Source of the DNA: Pseudomonadota bacterium
Lineage (GTDB): Bacteria; Myxococcota; JACRCW01; JAFGSX01
DNA: 64,000 nucleotides
Direction of reading: 5' to 3'
Assembly: GCA_043821645.1 (NCBI GenBank)
Contig: JBDRCO010000118.1
Location: 64,001-128,000 of the forward strand
How positions within the stretch are numbered: position 1 is the stretch's first letter; each line of letters starts with the position of its first letter. A program made the position numbers and the translations under genes. The notes under the pieces are model-generated. The model searched no databases. It saw only the letters and a program-made list of their open reading frames with translations, and was not told the origin of the DNA. Shown here in pieces: positions 20,260 to 31,196 of the stretch.

Positions 20260-21089
20260 CGATGCTGGTCCTGGCCGCACTGCTCGCAGGTCTGACCCTG
20301 GCACCGTCCGCCACCGCCGCCTCGCCGCGCATGGCCCTGGTGCTGACCCGCGCCCAGGGTCTGAACCACGTCGAACAGCAGAGCCTGCGCAACTCTCTGG
20401 CCGAATCGCTGGTGATGTACGGAGCCAAGGTCAGGCCATCGAGCCTGACCAGTGCTCTGGCGGCCTCGTGCATCGAAGAGGCAGCCTGCGCCAGGGATGC
20501 GGCCAGGGGGCTCGAGGTCGATGCCATCCTCGACGTGCGCGCCCTGCGTGTCGGCCCGACCCTGCGCCTGACCTACCGCGTCGTGGCCGGACCCAGTGGC
20601 GACCTGGTCGAGGAATTGCGATCCACCGGCCAGGCCAGCGATCCGACGAGCGAACTGGCCGTGCACGAGGCCCTGCAGCGCGCGGTGGCCATCGCCCGGG
20701 ACTACACGCCGCCGGATCTCGTCGACACGCCGCCACCCGCTGCCGTCGCCCCCCCAACGGATCCGGTGGCACCGGACGCCCCCGTGCCACGAGCTCCCGA
20801 GGTCAGCACGGGACCGGGCCTGACCCTGACCAGCTTGTGGCGTTCGCTGGCCTGGTCCAGCGCTGGCCTCGGCGCCGGCCTGGTGCTGGGCGGCGTGGGC
20901 AGCGGCTTGCTCAGCGCCCTGGCGCTCTCCGAGCAGGACCTGTGTCAGGCCAGCGCGTGCGCCGATCAGGCCATGCTCGACGTGCGTACGCGCCGCCTGG
21001 CCCTCAGCGCCAGCTTGCTGATCGCGGGGGGAGCAGTGTTCGGCGCCACGGGAGCTGGGCTCCTGCTGTTCGTCCTCGATGGTGAGTAA
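20256..21089 (+). CDS. Exported membrane-anchored protein translationally coupled to the kinase
   Basis: ATGA overlap with the kinase stop; signal peptide, Pro-rich linker, two Gly-rich C-terminal hydrophobic helices. Confidence 0.7.
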   Translation: MTMLVLAALLAGLTLAPSATAASPRMALVLTRAQGLNHVEQQSLRNSLAESLVMYGAKVRPSSLTSALAASCIEEAACARDAARGLEVDAILDVRALRVGPTLRLTYRVVAGPSGDLVEELRSTGQASDPTSELAVHEALQRAVAIARDYTPPDLVDTPPPAAVAPPTDPVAPDAPVPRAPEVSTGPGLTLTSLWRSLAWSSAGLGAGLVLGGVGSGLLSALALSEQDLCQASACADQAMLDVRTRRLALSASLLIAGGAVFGATGAGLLLFVLDGE

Positions 21090-21130
21090 GCGCGTCTGGG
21101 TCGACCCTCAGCAGCGCGGAGCGAGGGTGT

Positions 21131-22051
21131 TCAGACCTTGACGGTGTGGACCTTGAGCGCGTCCACATCGGTTCGCCCCACCCCGTCCTGGCCTGCGAGC
21201 TGTATGTGCCGGGCATCCGCCAGGGTCATCTGCCTGTTGTTGAAACGCGCCACGCGCAAGGCATAAGCGTCCACCGCCACCACGTCGGTACCAGCGACCA
21301 TGCGCCCGGGGGTGGCGGTCTCGCCAGGTCCGGCCGGTCCATTGGTCAGCAGCGCCCGCGTGGCGTCGACGATGGTGAGCTGCGGCACGATGGCCTTGCC
21401 CAGGTCGGCCACGCCCTGGTGCAGGTCGAACATGGTGTGAAAGACCTTGCGATCGTAGATCAGGCCCATCGCGTTCTTGAGCCCCAGCGACACGCCGGTC
21501 TCGTTGTGCGCCTTGGCCGCGGGCAGGTTGATGAGCACGTCAGCGCTGAGCACGGCCTTGGCGACCTCGACCTCCTTGAGCACCTTGCCGCCCTTGACCT
21601 GTCGCTTCTTGAAGTCGGCCTTGCCGGCCAGCAGCTTGATCTTGACCTCGGGAAGGGCTGCCAGGGCCGCGGTGAGACCGCAGCGGTCCAGGCACTTGTC
21701 GGCCTTGGCCTGGGGATACTCAACCACGGTGACGCTCTTGGCTCCGGCCTCCAGACACAGCTTCGCCACGGCAGCGACGGTGGCAGGGTGGGTGGTACAG
21801 GCCCAGTCCGGCGGGTTGGCAAAGGCCGCGTTGGGCTTGAGCACGACATGATCGCCCTTGCGCACGAAGCGCCCCATGCCGCCAAGAGCCTTCACCGCGG
21901 CCTGCACCATGGTCGCGGGATCGCTGCCGCTGACGTCGACCAGATCGGGATGTGCCGGAGCTGCCCACAGCTTGCGCCAGGGGGTGAGCACCGCCACAGC
22001 CAGAGAACCCACGGAGATACCCAGAAACTGTCGTCGATGCCACCTGCTCAT
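21131..22051 (-). CDS. DUF362-domain protein with Tat signal
   Basis: HRRQFL followed by an h-region; VVLKPN...TTHP; INLPAAKAH...LGLKNAMG; D.VAVDA. Confidence 0.85.
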   Translation of the reverse strand: MSRWHRRQFLGISVGSLAVAVLTPWRKLWAAPAHPDLVDVSGSDPATMVQAAVKALGGMGRFVRKGDHVVLKPNAAFANPPDWACTTHPATVAAVAKLCLEAGAKSVTVVEYPQAKADKCLDRCGLTAALAALPEVKIKLLAGKADFKKRQVKGGKVLKEVEVAKAVLSADVLINLPAAKAHNETGVSLGLKNAMGLIYDRKVFHTMFDLHQGVADLGKAIVPQLTIVDATRALLTNGPAGPGETATPGRMVAGTDVVAVDAYALRVARFNNRQMTLADARHIQLAGQDGVGRTDVDALKVHTVKV

Positions 22052-22144
22052 GCGCTGTCCTCGCCCCCACGAGATGAACCTATTGAGGATAGCGCACGCT
22101 GGCGCGAGCTGCACGCAGCCCGGCACAGGCCTGGTCGCGGATAC

Positions 22145-23965
22145 TCAGCCCGCGTCCTCGACGCTGGCGTCCTGTCCCGCTCCCGCATCCGGGGCCTGAT
22201 CTGGAACGCAGGCCGTGCCCGCCCCCCCGGCTGCGCCCAGGCCGACCTCGACGGTGAAGTCTCCCTCGAGTCCGGGGCCGCGACTGTCCACCGCGAAGTA
22301 CACGGTCTGGGTCGAGCCCGTGCTGTTGGTCCAGGTGGTGGTCTCGACCTTGTCGTTCAGGGGATCCGCGCCCTCGGCGTCGGCGCCACCAAAGCAGCAC
22401 CGCGCTGCGCAGTCGTCGACCAGGTACACCAGCAGGTCGTCGCGCATGGTGGCCTTGGCGGTGACCATCTGTCCGTCGGGAACCTGCACCCGGTAGAACA
22501 CGTCGGGCCCGTCGCTGTCGGAGCTGGAGCAGGAGGCCGAACCCGCGGCAAAGCGCACGTCGTCGTAGGCGTTGCGGTTGGTGCCGGCCAGGGGCTCGGC
22601 GCCGGGGCTCAGGTCCACCGCCGTGGCGCAGCTGTCGTTGGCCGGGGGCGTGCCCTTGAGTGCCGCGATGTTGTAGCTCGCGGCCACCGCCTGTTCCCCG
22701 ACGTTCTTGGCCAGGCGCAGGATGTAGCGCGTGGCCACCGCGCTGGTGAAGGTGATGGTGGTGGTGCCGCCATCGACCACGCGACTGCCCACAGCGCCGC
22801 CGCCCTGCAGGCTCAGGTTGACGTCGAGATCAAAACCAGGATGGGCCACCACGACGCGGCTGCTCGGCCCGGGTGTGGCCACAGAGAAGCTGTAATAGTC
22901 CTCGTCGTCGCGACACAGCACGCCGGCCACCAGGCCACTGTCCAGGTCGTGGGCGCTGGCCGCGTCGTTGTTGGGTTCGTGGCCATCGTCGACACAGTAG
23001 CCGCCGGGGTGCAATTCCACGCCCAGCCTGTAGTCGCCGCGCGGACCCGGGTAGCTGAGGTTGCGCACCCGCAGCAGCACCTCGGTGGGCTGGCGGAAGA
23101 TCTCGTGGGTCACTTCCTTGTGCGGCGCGTACTCGCTGCGCTCGCTCAGGGGCGTCGTGGTGTCGGCGTCGGTGAACAGGCCCAGAGCCAGCAGCACCGC
23201 TGCAGGGTCGTGGTCCAGGCTGGCGCGCACCCCGGTGTCGGCGACCACGCTGAAGCCGTACCAGTCATCCTGATCGCAGGCGTGCAGGGCCAGATCGGTC
23301 ACCGGCGGGATGAGGGTGGCGGCGCTCGTCGGCGTGTCGTTGGGCTCCTGGGCGGTGTCGCTGGCGCAGGTGCCGTCGAGGTAAAAGGTGATGACCAGGC
23401 GGTAGGGTCCGCTGTCCGGGGTGTCGTTGTTCACGACGCGCAACACCACGTCCGTGGCCTGTTCCGCACGCTCGATGAACACGGTCTCCAGGGCCGCATC
23501 GCGGGTCGAGCTGTCGACGGGATTGGCGGTGTCGCTGGCCAGGTACAGGTACAGGTCGAGGTCGAGTGCGCCGAACTGCTCGAGACGCACACCCAGCCCG
23601 AAGCCCGCCGGCACGGTGATGGCGTACCAGTCCTCGGCGTCGCAGCTGATGGTGTCGCGCAGGGGACCGGGCGCGGCCAGGGCAAAGGCCTCGCTTGCCT
23701 GCTCGTTGGGCTCGTACACGTCGTCGTCGGGACAGCGCAGCACGTAGGTGTCGGGCTGGGCCTGGTCCCGGGCCCCGGCATCCTGTGCCATGGCATCGGC
23801 TCCGCCGCGATCCAGGCCGCTGTTACCATCGACGCCGGCGCTATCCAGAGGGGCGCCCCCGTCGAGATGATCGGTCCGGGCATCCACGGTGCTGCTCTCG
23901 GGGCAGGCGGCCAGGCTCAGCAACAGCGCCACGGCACATCTCACGTCTCGACGCTGCGTTACCAT
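22145..23965 (-). CDS. Lipoprotein with repeated PPC (pre-peptidase C-terminal)-like domains
   Basis: GGAGG RBS; lipobox LSLAA-C; three C.DD..EPN...A...C..D.D(W/Y)Y units plus a PANDSC...GPDVFY unit. Confidence 0.75.
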   Translation of the reverse strand: MVTQRRDVRCAVALLLSLAACPESSTVDARTDHLDGGAPLDSAGVDGNSGLDRGGADAMAQDAGARDQAQPDTYVLRCPDDDVYEPNEQASEAFALAAPGPLRDTISCDAEDWYAITVPAGFGLGVRLEQFGALDLDLYLYLASDTANPVDSSTRDAALETVFIERAEQATDVVLRVVNNDTPDSGPYRLVITFYLDGTCASDTAQEPNDTPTSAATLIPPVTDLALHACDQDDWYGFSVVADTGVRASLDHDPAAVLLALGLFTDADTTTPLSERSEYAPHKEVTHEIFRQPTEVLLRVRNLSYPGPRGDYRLGVELHPGGYCVDDGHEPNNDAASAHDLDSGLVAGVLCRDDEDYYSFSVATPGPSSRVVVAHPGFDLDVNLSLQGGGAVGSRVVDGGTTTITFTSAVATRYILRLAKNVGEQAVAASYNIAALKGTPPANDSCATAVDLSPGAEPLAGTNRNAYDDVRFAAGSASCSSSDSDGPDVFYRVQVPDGQMVTAKATMRDDLLVYLVDDCAARCCFGGADAEGADPLNDKVETTTWTNSTGSTQTVYFAVDSRGPGLEGDFTVEVGLGAAGGAGTACVPDQAPDAGAGQDASVEDAG

Positions 23966-24032
23966 GCTACCTCCCTTGCCGAGGCCACCATCGCACGCCA
24001 GCGACGAGGAGCTGCTGGCCGCGCGGTGCCAC

Positions 24033-27000
24033 TCAGGGCAGATGATACAGAAGGCGCGCCTCGACGTAATCCACCGAGAGGGTCGCGCCATCCACCCCGT
24101 TCTGTGCCTCGGGCACGAAGCCAAAACGCAGGGTTCCCGGTCGGGCGGCATACGAGGTCATGGCCTCGTCGGCCAGGAAGTCGATGTCCTGCCCCGGCGC
24201 CACCTGCTGCAAGGAGTACCAGTCGCTGTCTATCCAGGAATAGGCGGTGACCGAGGCGGCCGAGCCATCGGGGTGAGCGCCCCGGACGACGGCGCGCAGC
24301 CGGAGCCCATCGAAGATCACATTGGCCGGCAGCTGGCTCGCGGGCAGCGCGATGTCAAAGGTCGCAGCGGGTCGGCCGTGATCTGTCCACACCCATTCCC
24401 ACTGGCTGCCGTCGCTGGTGTGGTCGGTGCCAAGAAACACGACGAGCCTGTCTCGCTCGACGTCATAGCTCGCCAGGATGCGACCGCTCTTCTTCGCGGT
24501 GTGCGGGACACCGTCGCCGAAGAGATCGATGGTTCGCTCGTCGAGCAAGCGCCACGTGCTGCCGTCCCAGGCCCAGAGCACCTCACCGTTGGCTGCATTG
24601 GCGACGAGCATCAGGCGATGGTGCGCCTCATCCCATGCCAGGGCGTGCCCTGACATGGGTGGCGGCCAGGGATCTCCTTTATCGACCATCTCCCATTTCG
24701 ATCCTTCCCAGGTCCACATGTCGCTCAGGCTCGTGGCCTGGATTTCGAAGCTGTCCAGCCCACCGAACACGACCACCCGTCTGCCGTCCCAGCCCAGGGC
24801 GTGATCCCGCCGCGGCGTCAGGCCCTCGCCGGCCTCGAAGGTATCCCAGCCTCCGGCGCCCCGGGTCCAGGTGGTGGCGCTGACCGTGATGGAGCCCGGG
24901 ACCGGTTCCTCGATGCCCCCGAAGGCCAGCAACGTGTCGTGACCGGGATCGAAGGCCAGGGCCTGGCCGCCGCGCGCTGTGGCCGGCATCTGATCGTCAT
25001 TCCACGTGGTGCCGTCAAAGGCGTACAGCTTGGGTCCCTGGTTCAGGATCATCTGGCTGCGTTCGGCGTCGTAGGCCATCTGCATGGAGCCGCTGGAGTC
25101 AGGTCCTTGCAGCAGCTTGCGCCAGCTCAGGCCATCGAACTCCCAGGTCACCGCCTCCAGACCCGCCGTTGAATCCTTGCCCTGGCTCAGCACCGTGCGC
25201 TGCGTCGTGCTGTTGTAGGCCATGACCGCAGGAGTTTGGTGAAAATCGGGCTGGCCATCGCCCTCCGGGTCATCGGGAATCGGAGGGCGTCGTTCCCAGC
25301 CATTGCTCCCCAGGCTCCACAGCTCGTGGTCGGCATAGGCCAGGCCTTGCTGGGCCATGGTGTGGTAGACCACGCCGACCGGTGCAGTGGGCAAGATGGG
25401 CGCGGGACCGGGAAAGGGTCCGAGCCAGTCCACTCCGTCGTAGGCCCAGAAGTCGCTGAGCGGACCCGAGGCATCCCGACCACCGTGCAGGATCACGGAC
25501 GACGGCGGCAAGAAGGACATGCGATGCCCCTGCCGCGGTGCGGGCGCATGAACCGTGGTGCGAGTGACCCATGCACCGCCCGTGAAGACCCAGGTGTCGC
25601 CGAGGAGCTGTGGCGTTGCCTGGGTACAGGCCGACCGGCAGCCACCGAAGAGCACCACCTCGAAGCGCTCGGGGATGTAGGCCATGGCTGACCCCGCGCG
25701 CGGAGACGGCGACACGGTGACGTTCACCCTCTCCCAGCCAGCGTTACGAAGACGCCACAGGTCGCCCAGGGTGCCCGAGGTCTGGCCCCCGAACAGCAAC
25801 ACGCCACCGCTCGCGCCGTCGTAGCTGGTGGCAAAGTCGCGGCGCGCCGGTGTGACTTGCGCGTCGGGGCTCTCGTTGGACCAGCTGTTGCCGTTCCAAG
25901 CCCAGGTCCGCATGGGCGTGCTGGCCTGGATCAGTAACACGCGGCTCGAGCGCCCATCGTAGACCAGACTGTCGTCAGGCCCCACCAGGGGCGAGCCGTC
26001 GTATTCGGGATCGTCGACGACGGCCGGGGTCCAGTGGAAGCCGTTCCAGTTCCAGAACACCGAGATCCCACCGGACTTGACCCCGGCCAGAAACACCGGA
26101 CCGCGCCCCGGGTCGTCGACCAGGTGGTAGCCCACGAGCGCGTTGAGCCGGTAGGTCGAATCGACCTTGAGCCAGGCACCGGCGGCGCCCTGGGCCTCTG
26201 CCATCACGCCGTCGGGCAGTGCCAGGGGCGCGCCGCTGATCTCCATGACGCCACTATAGGGCCCGGTGTTGGCCTGCAGCGGCGTCGAGAAGTGACGTCG
26301 CGTGCGAAAGACATGCGGGTTCAACTGCACGCTTCCTGCCACCTTGCGTCCCATGGTCGCGACCCACTCGCCGGCATCGACCCGATGCGACGCCGACAGG
26401 TTGCCGGCGCTGTCGGTGACGGCCACGTACACCTCCACGCGGTCCGCCGGGTTGAGGTTGAAGCGCGCGATGCTGCCGTCGGGCATGACGAACTGGCGGC
26501 CCAGCTCCAGCCGCGGTGGCGCAGGCGCATCGAAGACGATCACCGCCCCGCCGTCGGTGTTCGCATCCAGGGTGACGTGCCCACCCAGGCGTAGCGCCGG
26601 GTCGCCCACGCTCTCCTCGGCTCCCCAGGGCATGCGCGACAGCACCAGCCCGTCGACACTGACCACCGGGGGAGTCTTGTCAACCACCAGGGCATAGGGC
26701 AGGTCGAGGAGCACCGTGTTTCGGTTGTCGACCTCGTCGACCAGCTCGGCCTCGACCGCATAGCTGCCGTCTGGCGCAGTCGTGATGGTCGCGCCATACA
26801 GGTAGAACACGCTGCTGCCGCCAAGCTGGGTAAACTCACCGTCGGCCACCCCGACCAATGCGACCCGGGGGGCCTGGGCCAGGGGCTCGCTCACTGCAAA
26901 GCTCACATGCACGTCGGTACCCGAGGTCGCGCGTGCCACCGTGCGCAGCACATTGCTGGTCGCGGGCAGCAGCTGCAGGTTCACGGTTCCGGCGACCACC

Positions 27001-28421
27001 ACCGGCGGCGAGAAGTCGAGCTCGACGCTGCGCGAGGCAAAAGCCTGGTTGCCCGCGGCATCTTCCACCGCCACGGTCACGGTGGCAGCACCCTCGAGGT
27101 CGCTGCTGTCGACCAGGTAGTCGCAGTGAAAGGTGATCAGCGAGGCGTCCAGAGCCTGGCAGCTGGCCACCCGGGTCCCCAGCTCCGCACTCAGGCTGGC
27201 CGCTGGCTCCGACACCTCGATGTCGATCTGGATCTGATCGAAACCTGGCTGCATGCTGACCCGGGACGGGCTCACCGCCAGGGACACGAAGGCCGGGGCG
27301 GACCTATCGATGATCACCGAGGCGGTCGCGGGACGAACGGTGGTGTTCCCTGCCAGATCGGTGAGCCTCACCGCCGCGAGTTCGAAGCGTCCCTCGGGCG
27401 AGGAGGCATCCACGGTGAGGGAGAACACGCTGCTCGCCCCCGAGCTGGAGAGCAGAGTCAGCCCGGGATCGCCACCCTGTCCCCAGGTCAGCTCTGGCGC
27501 CCGCTGCAGACCCTCGTCGGCCTCGACGTGCAACGTGACGCTGCCGCCGCGACGCACCACCGCGATCTCGAACTCGGCGCGCACCAGGCCGGGGCCAGTA
27601 AAGTCGAGCACCACCCCCTGCTCGCTGGGTGTGTCGAGGGAATTGCCAGCCACGTCCAGGGCGTGCACCCGAACCCGATACAGACCCTCGGGCTCGCTGC
27701 CGTCGACGGTGTAGTCGAAGCCGTAGGTGTTGAGATCGGGCTGATCCCCCTCGACCAGGGGCCGTTCCACGCTCGGGTTGTCGTCGAGAACCAGCATCAG
27801 AGCGGGGGACTGCCGCAGCGCTTCGCTGAAGCCCAGCTGTACGTGCACGGCGGTACCGGTCGAGGCTCGCGCCGGGTTCACCAGTACCGGCCCGGACAGG
27901 CGTGGCGAGGTGAAATCGAAGACCAGGGTGCCGGCAGCGATGCCCTGCACGGCGTTGCCCGAGGTGTCGACCAGGTCCACGCTCAGGGCGCACGGGCCGT
28001 CGCCCTCGCTGCCCAGGGCGAGGTGGGCAAAGCGGTAATGGCGCCCGGCGCGGTCCGTCGCGCTCTCGTCGACGAGCAGCGGGATCTCGTGGTTGTCGGT
28101 CGTGGTGCAGCGTACTGCGGGATCCGCACCCAAGTGCTCGCTCACCACGATGTCCACCCTGAACACCGTGCCGGCCCTGCCCACGTTCGGTTCCACCACG
28201 GGCACCCCTGCGAGGGTGGGGGGGGTGCTGTCCAAACCCTCCCGCGGCAAACAGCGCGAGAGCGCAGTCCTGCACGTGTGTGTGGGCGGGCAATCCGCCT
28301 CGGTCTGGCACACGATGTCCGCCTCGGCCGGCGCCGACGTGTCCATGGTGCAGGCGCCACTGAGCCCCCAGACCACCGCGGCAGGTCCGGCGAGGATTCG
28401 TGCACAGCGGGTAAAAATCAT
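24033..28421 (-). CDS. Large lipoprotein with Ig-like repeats and a Kelch-type beta-propeller
   Basis: Lipobox LSGA-C; repeated D.AGN...D.T.P Ig units; repeated LLFGG...D.W.W.G..W Kelch blades. Confidence 0.8.
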   Translation of the reverse strand: MIFTRCARILAGPAAVVWGLSGACTMDTSAPAEADIVCQTEADCPPTHTCRTALSRCLPREGLDSTPPTLAGVPVVEPNVGRAGTVFRVDIVVSEHLGADPAVRCTTTDNHEIPLLVDESATDRAGRHYRFAHLALGSEGDGPCALSVDLVDTSGNAVQGIAAGTLVFDFTSPRLSGPVLVNPARASTGTAVHVQLGFSEALRQSPALMLVLDDNPSVERPLVEGDQPDLNTYGFDYTVDGSEPEGLYRVRVHALDVAGNSLDTPSEQGVVLDFTGPGLVRAEFEIAVVRRGGSVTLHVEADEGLQRAPELTWGQGGDPGLTLLSSSGASSVFSLTVDASSPEGRFELAAVRLTDLAGNTTVRPATASVIIDRSAPAFVSLAVSPSRVSMQPGFDQIQIDIEVSEPAASLSAELGTRVASCQALDASLITFHCDYLVDSSDLEGAATVTVAVEDAAGNQAFASRSVELDFSPPVVVAGTVNLQLLPATSNVLRTVARATSGTDVHVSFAVSEPLAQAPRVALVGVADGEFTQLGGSSVFYLYGATITTAPDGSYAVEAELVDEVDNRNTVLLDLPYALVVDKTPPVVSVDGLVLSRMPWGAEESVGDPALRLGGHVTLDANTDGGAVIVFDAPAPPRLELGRQFVMPDGSIARFNLNPADRVEVYVAVTDSAGNLSASHRVDAGEWVATMGRKVAGSVQLNPHVFRTRRHFSTPLQANTGPYSGVMEISGAPLALPDGVMAEAQGAAGAWLKVDSTYRLNALVGYHLVDDPGRGPVFLAGVKSGGISVFWNWNGFHWTPAVVDDPEYDGSPLVGPDDSLVYDGRSSRVLLIQASTPMRTWAWNGNSWSNESPDAQVTPARRDFATSYDGASGGVLLFGGQTSGTLGDLWRLRNAGWERVNVTVSPSPRAGSAMAYIPERFEVVLFGGCRSACTQATPQLLGDTWVFTGGAWVTRTTVHAPAPRQGHRMSFLPPSSVILHGGRDASGPLSDFWAYDGVDWLGPFPGPAPILPTAPVGVVYHTMAQQGLAYADHELWSLGSNGWERRPPIPDDPEGDGQPDFHQTPAVMAYNSTTQRTVLSQGKDSTAGLEAVTWEFDGLSWRKLLQGPDSSGSMQMAYDAERSQMILNQGPKLYAFDGTTWNDDQMPATARGGQALAFDPGHDTLLAFGGIEEPVPGSITVSATTWTRGAGGWDTFEAGEGLTPRRDHALGWDGRRVVVFGGLDSFEIQATSLSDMWTWEGSKWEMVDKGDPWPPPMSGHALAWDEAHHRLMLVANAANGEVLWAWDGSTWRLLDERTIDLFGDGVPHTAKKSGRILASYDVERDRLVVFLGTDHTSDGSQWEWVWTDHGRPAATFDIALPASQLPANVIFDGLRLRAVVRGAHPDGSAASVTAYSWIDSDWYSLQQVAPGQDIDFLADEAMTSYAARPGTLRFGFVPEAQNGVDGATLSVDYVEARLLYHLP

Positions 28422-28478
28422 GCCTGCAGAATATCAGAACAAGGTGGTCGACGCAGCCTCGCAGCAGACCCGCGGGTG

Positions 28479-29216
28479 CTAGTTCCACACCAGCTTGACC
28501 GCCATGGCCACCACCGCCACCGCGAACACCGCGCGCACGATCTTCTCGCCCCGCGCGATCTGCAACCTCGTCGCCAGCACCGCGCCCAGAGCCGTCCCCA
28601 CGGCGAGCATGGCTCCCGCCAGCCACTGCACCTGTCCTTGCCAGGCAAACACGGCCAGCGACGGGATCATGTACACGCCGACGACGAAGACCTTGTGCAT
28701 GTTGACGCGAACCAGGTCGAGGCGCAGCAGACCGCGCAGGATGGGCATGAGGATGAAGCCCACGCCAGCCTGCACGAAGCCGCCATAGAAACCAACGCCT
28801 ACCATTGCCAGATGGGCCAGGCCGGGTCGCGTGCCGCCCTCCCCCGTCGCCACGGCACTCCGCGGTCGCATCATGTCGATGAGCACCGCGATCATGATCC
28901 CGGCCAGCAGGCGCTTGAACCACAGCGGGTCGAAGCGCACCGCCGCGTACGCGCCCAGGGCCGCGCCCGGGATGGTGCACGCCGCCAGACCCAGGCTCAG
29001 CTTGAAGTCAGCGAAGCCATGGCGACGGAATTCGGTGATGGCGGTGGCGTTCTGCACCAGCAACGCGATGCGGTTGGTGCCATTGGCCAGGGCCGGATCC
29101 ATGCCCAGGAAGATCAGCGCCGGCATGCTCAAGAGCGAGCCGCCACCTGCCATGACATTGAGAAAGCCGACGACCACACCCAGGACGACGAGCAGGGGAT
29201 AGTGCCAGGTTTCCAC
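28479..29216 (-). CDS. Sulfite exporter TauE/SafE family membrane protein
   Basis: GFLNVMAGGGSLL...ANGTN; GFYGGFVQAGVG; highly hydrophobic. Confidence 0.9.
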   Translation of the reverse strand: METWHYPLLVVLGVVVGFLNVMAGGGSLLSMPALIFLGMDPALANGTNRIALLVQNATAITEFRRHGFADFKLSLGLAACTIPGAALGAYAAVRFDPLWFKRLLAGIMIAVLIDMMRPRSAVATGEGGTRPGLAHLAMVGVGFYGGFVQAGVGFILMPILRGLLRLDLVRVNMHKVFVVGVYMIPSLAVFAWQGQVQWLAGAMLAVGTALGAVLATRLQIARGEKIVRAVFAVAVVAMAVKLVWN

Positions 29217-29315
29217 GCGCGGCTCCGTGCCCCCGCCGGTTGGCCCGGTCTGTTCGCGCTCCAGCTCCGTCGACGGACAGCCTGTACTCTGACGCCCGCC
29301 CAGCCCCCGATGCGC

Positions 29316-31196
29316 TCACTGGCAGGGGATCAAGCACCCTTTGAACTTGCCCGTGGGCGCGCCGCAGATGTCCCCGGCCTGGCAGTCGCCGTCAACGCTG
29401 CAATCGTCCTGCTGCGGCTCCAGCAGCGACATCGGCCAGCAGCCCTCGCGACCACCGACCAGCGGCGTGCACGTGTACCCAAAGAAGCCGCCCGGACAGG
29501 CAGCGCAGGTATTGTTGTAGTGGCAGTAGGGCTCGAGCGCGGTGCAATCTTGCTCGTTACGACACTCGACGCAGAGGCCATTGACGCACCAGTCCGCCGT
29601 CGGGCTGGTGCAGTGGGCGTCGTCGGTGCAGGCCACACAGCGCTGGCTGCTCGAGCAGTGCGGCGTGCTGCCACCGCAGAAGCTGGAGTCCGTGCACTGC
29701 ACGCAGGTGTGGGAAGTCAGGTCGCAAGCCGGCGTGGCGCCGCCGCAATGGGTGTTGCTCGTGCACTGCACGCAGGTGCCGGTGGCGGTGTCGCAGCCCG
29801 CCGTCGGCGACGAGCAATGGCTGTTGAGCAGGCACTCGACGCAATGGGGCGGATCGAGCTGGGTGGCGCAGTGCGGGATGCCCCAGTCCGCAGGGCAGTC
29901 GCTGGCCGTGCCGCAACCTATCTGAGCCCCGGCGTCGGCGCAGGTGAGGGCGCCGAACAGACCATTGCCCAGCACCTCGCCGGGCACGCAGCAGAAGGTC
30001 GAGGGCAGCAAGCTGATGCCACTGCTGGTGCCGCAGAACTCGCCCGTGCCGCAGCAGCGCGCGGCGGGCGTGGCGTCGCAGGGGCGGGTGTCCAGGCAGG
30101 CCTTGCTCTGAAAGTCCACGGTGACGCAGCTGAAGGGCGCGCCGCAGCTCGCCTCGCAGGCGCCCAGGCGGCCTGTGCTCGAGTAGCCGTCGCACAGACG
30201 GTTCTGCTGACAGCTGCCGTCGACACAGATGCCACTGGAGCAGGTGCCACAGCTCTCGCCACACAGTGGGTCGGGTCCGCACACGCGGTTGCCGCACTCC
30301 TTCACGCACACGCACTGCCCGGTGCCGTCGCAGGTCCCGTTGTCGCAGCTGCCGCAGCTCTGACCGCACACGGGATCCGGACCGCAGGCGCGACCTCCGC
30401 AGTCAGGCGAGCAGGGCACGCACTCGCCGTCGACGGTACAGCGGTCTGTCCCTGTGCAGTCACCGCAGCTGATGTTGCACACGGGGTCGGCGCCGCACTG
30501 GCGACCGCTGCAGTCTGGCGTGCAGTTGGTGACACACTGGCCTGTCAGATCGCAGCTGCCGGTCGAGCAGGTGCCACAGCTCTCTCCACACGCGGGGTCC
30601 GGACCGCATACGCGGTTGCCGCAGACCGGCGAGCAGCCCGTACCGCAGCCGCTGGTGTCGATGGACAGGCAGTCGCTAGCGCAGCTCAGGGTCCCGCTCT
30701 CCAGACCCAGCGTGCTGCAGCGCAGGCCGCCGAAGTCCTGACCGTCGCACACCTCGACGCCCGCGCGGTCGTTGTCGCCACAGCCCGGAGGTGGGCCGCA
30801 GGCGCGGGTATCGAAACCCGCGCAGTTGGCCAGGCAGCTCAGGCTGCCGGCGCCATAGCCCAGAGCCTCGCAGCTCGCGGTGCCCAGGTCCCCACCGTCG
30901 CACAGCTCGACGCCATCGCGGGTGCCGTCGCCACAACCCGCCGGCGCGCCGCAGCCCGAGCGGTCGAAGTCTCCACAGTTGCTCTGGCAGCGCAGCAGAC
31001 CGGCGCCAAAGCCCAGCCCCAGGCAGCTCTGCGCATCGAGGTCGCTGCCATCGCAGACCTCGCGTTTCTGCTTGTTGTTGTCGCCGCACACAGCCTTGGT
31101 GGGTGTGGTCGGCGTGGGTCCGGCAGGCACGGGAGGGCAGCCAAGGCTGCCGACGATGACGACGGAAAAAAAGAGCCCCATCCAGCGAAATTGCAT
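29316..31196 (-). CDS. Cys-rich repeat lipoprotein
   Basis: Lipobox SLG-C; GGAAGG RBS; three families of Cys repeats. Confidence 0.8.
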   Translation of the reverse strand: MQFRWMGLFFSVVIVGSLGCPPVPAGPTPTTPTKAVCGDNNKQKREVCDGSDLDAQSCLGLGFGAGLLRCQSNCGDFDRSGCGAPAGCGDGTRDGVELCDGGDLGTASCEALGYGAGSLSCLANCAGFDTRACGPPPGCGDNDRAGVEVCDGQDFGGLRCSTLGLESGTLSCASDCLSIDTSGCGTGCSPVCGNRVCGPDPACGESCGTCSTGSCDLTGQCVTNCTPDCSGRQCGADPVCNISCGDCTGTDRCTVDGECVPCSPDCGGRACGPDPVCGQSCGSCDNGTCDGTGQCVCVKECGNRVCGPDPLCGESCGTCSSGICVDGSCQQNRLCDGYSSTGRLGACEASCGAPFSCVTVDFQSKACLDTRPCDATPAARCCGTGEFCGTSSGISLLPSTFCCVPGEVLGNGLFGALTCADAGAQIGCGTASDCPADWGIPHCATQLDPPHCVECLLNSHCSSPTAGCDTATGTCVQCTSNTHCGGATPACDLTSHTCVQCTDSSFCGGSTPHCSSSQRCVACTDDAHCTSPTADWCVNGLCVECRNEQDCTALEPYCHYNNTCAACPGGFFGYTCTPLVGGREGCWPMSLLEPQQDDCSVDGDCQAGDICGAPTGKFKGCLIPCQ

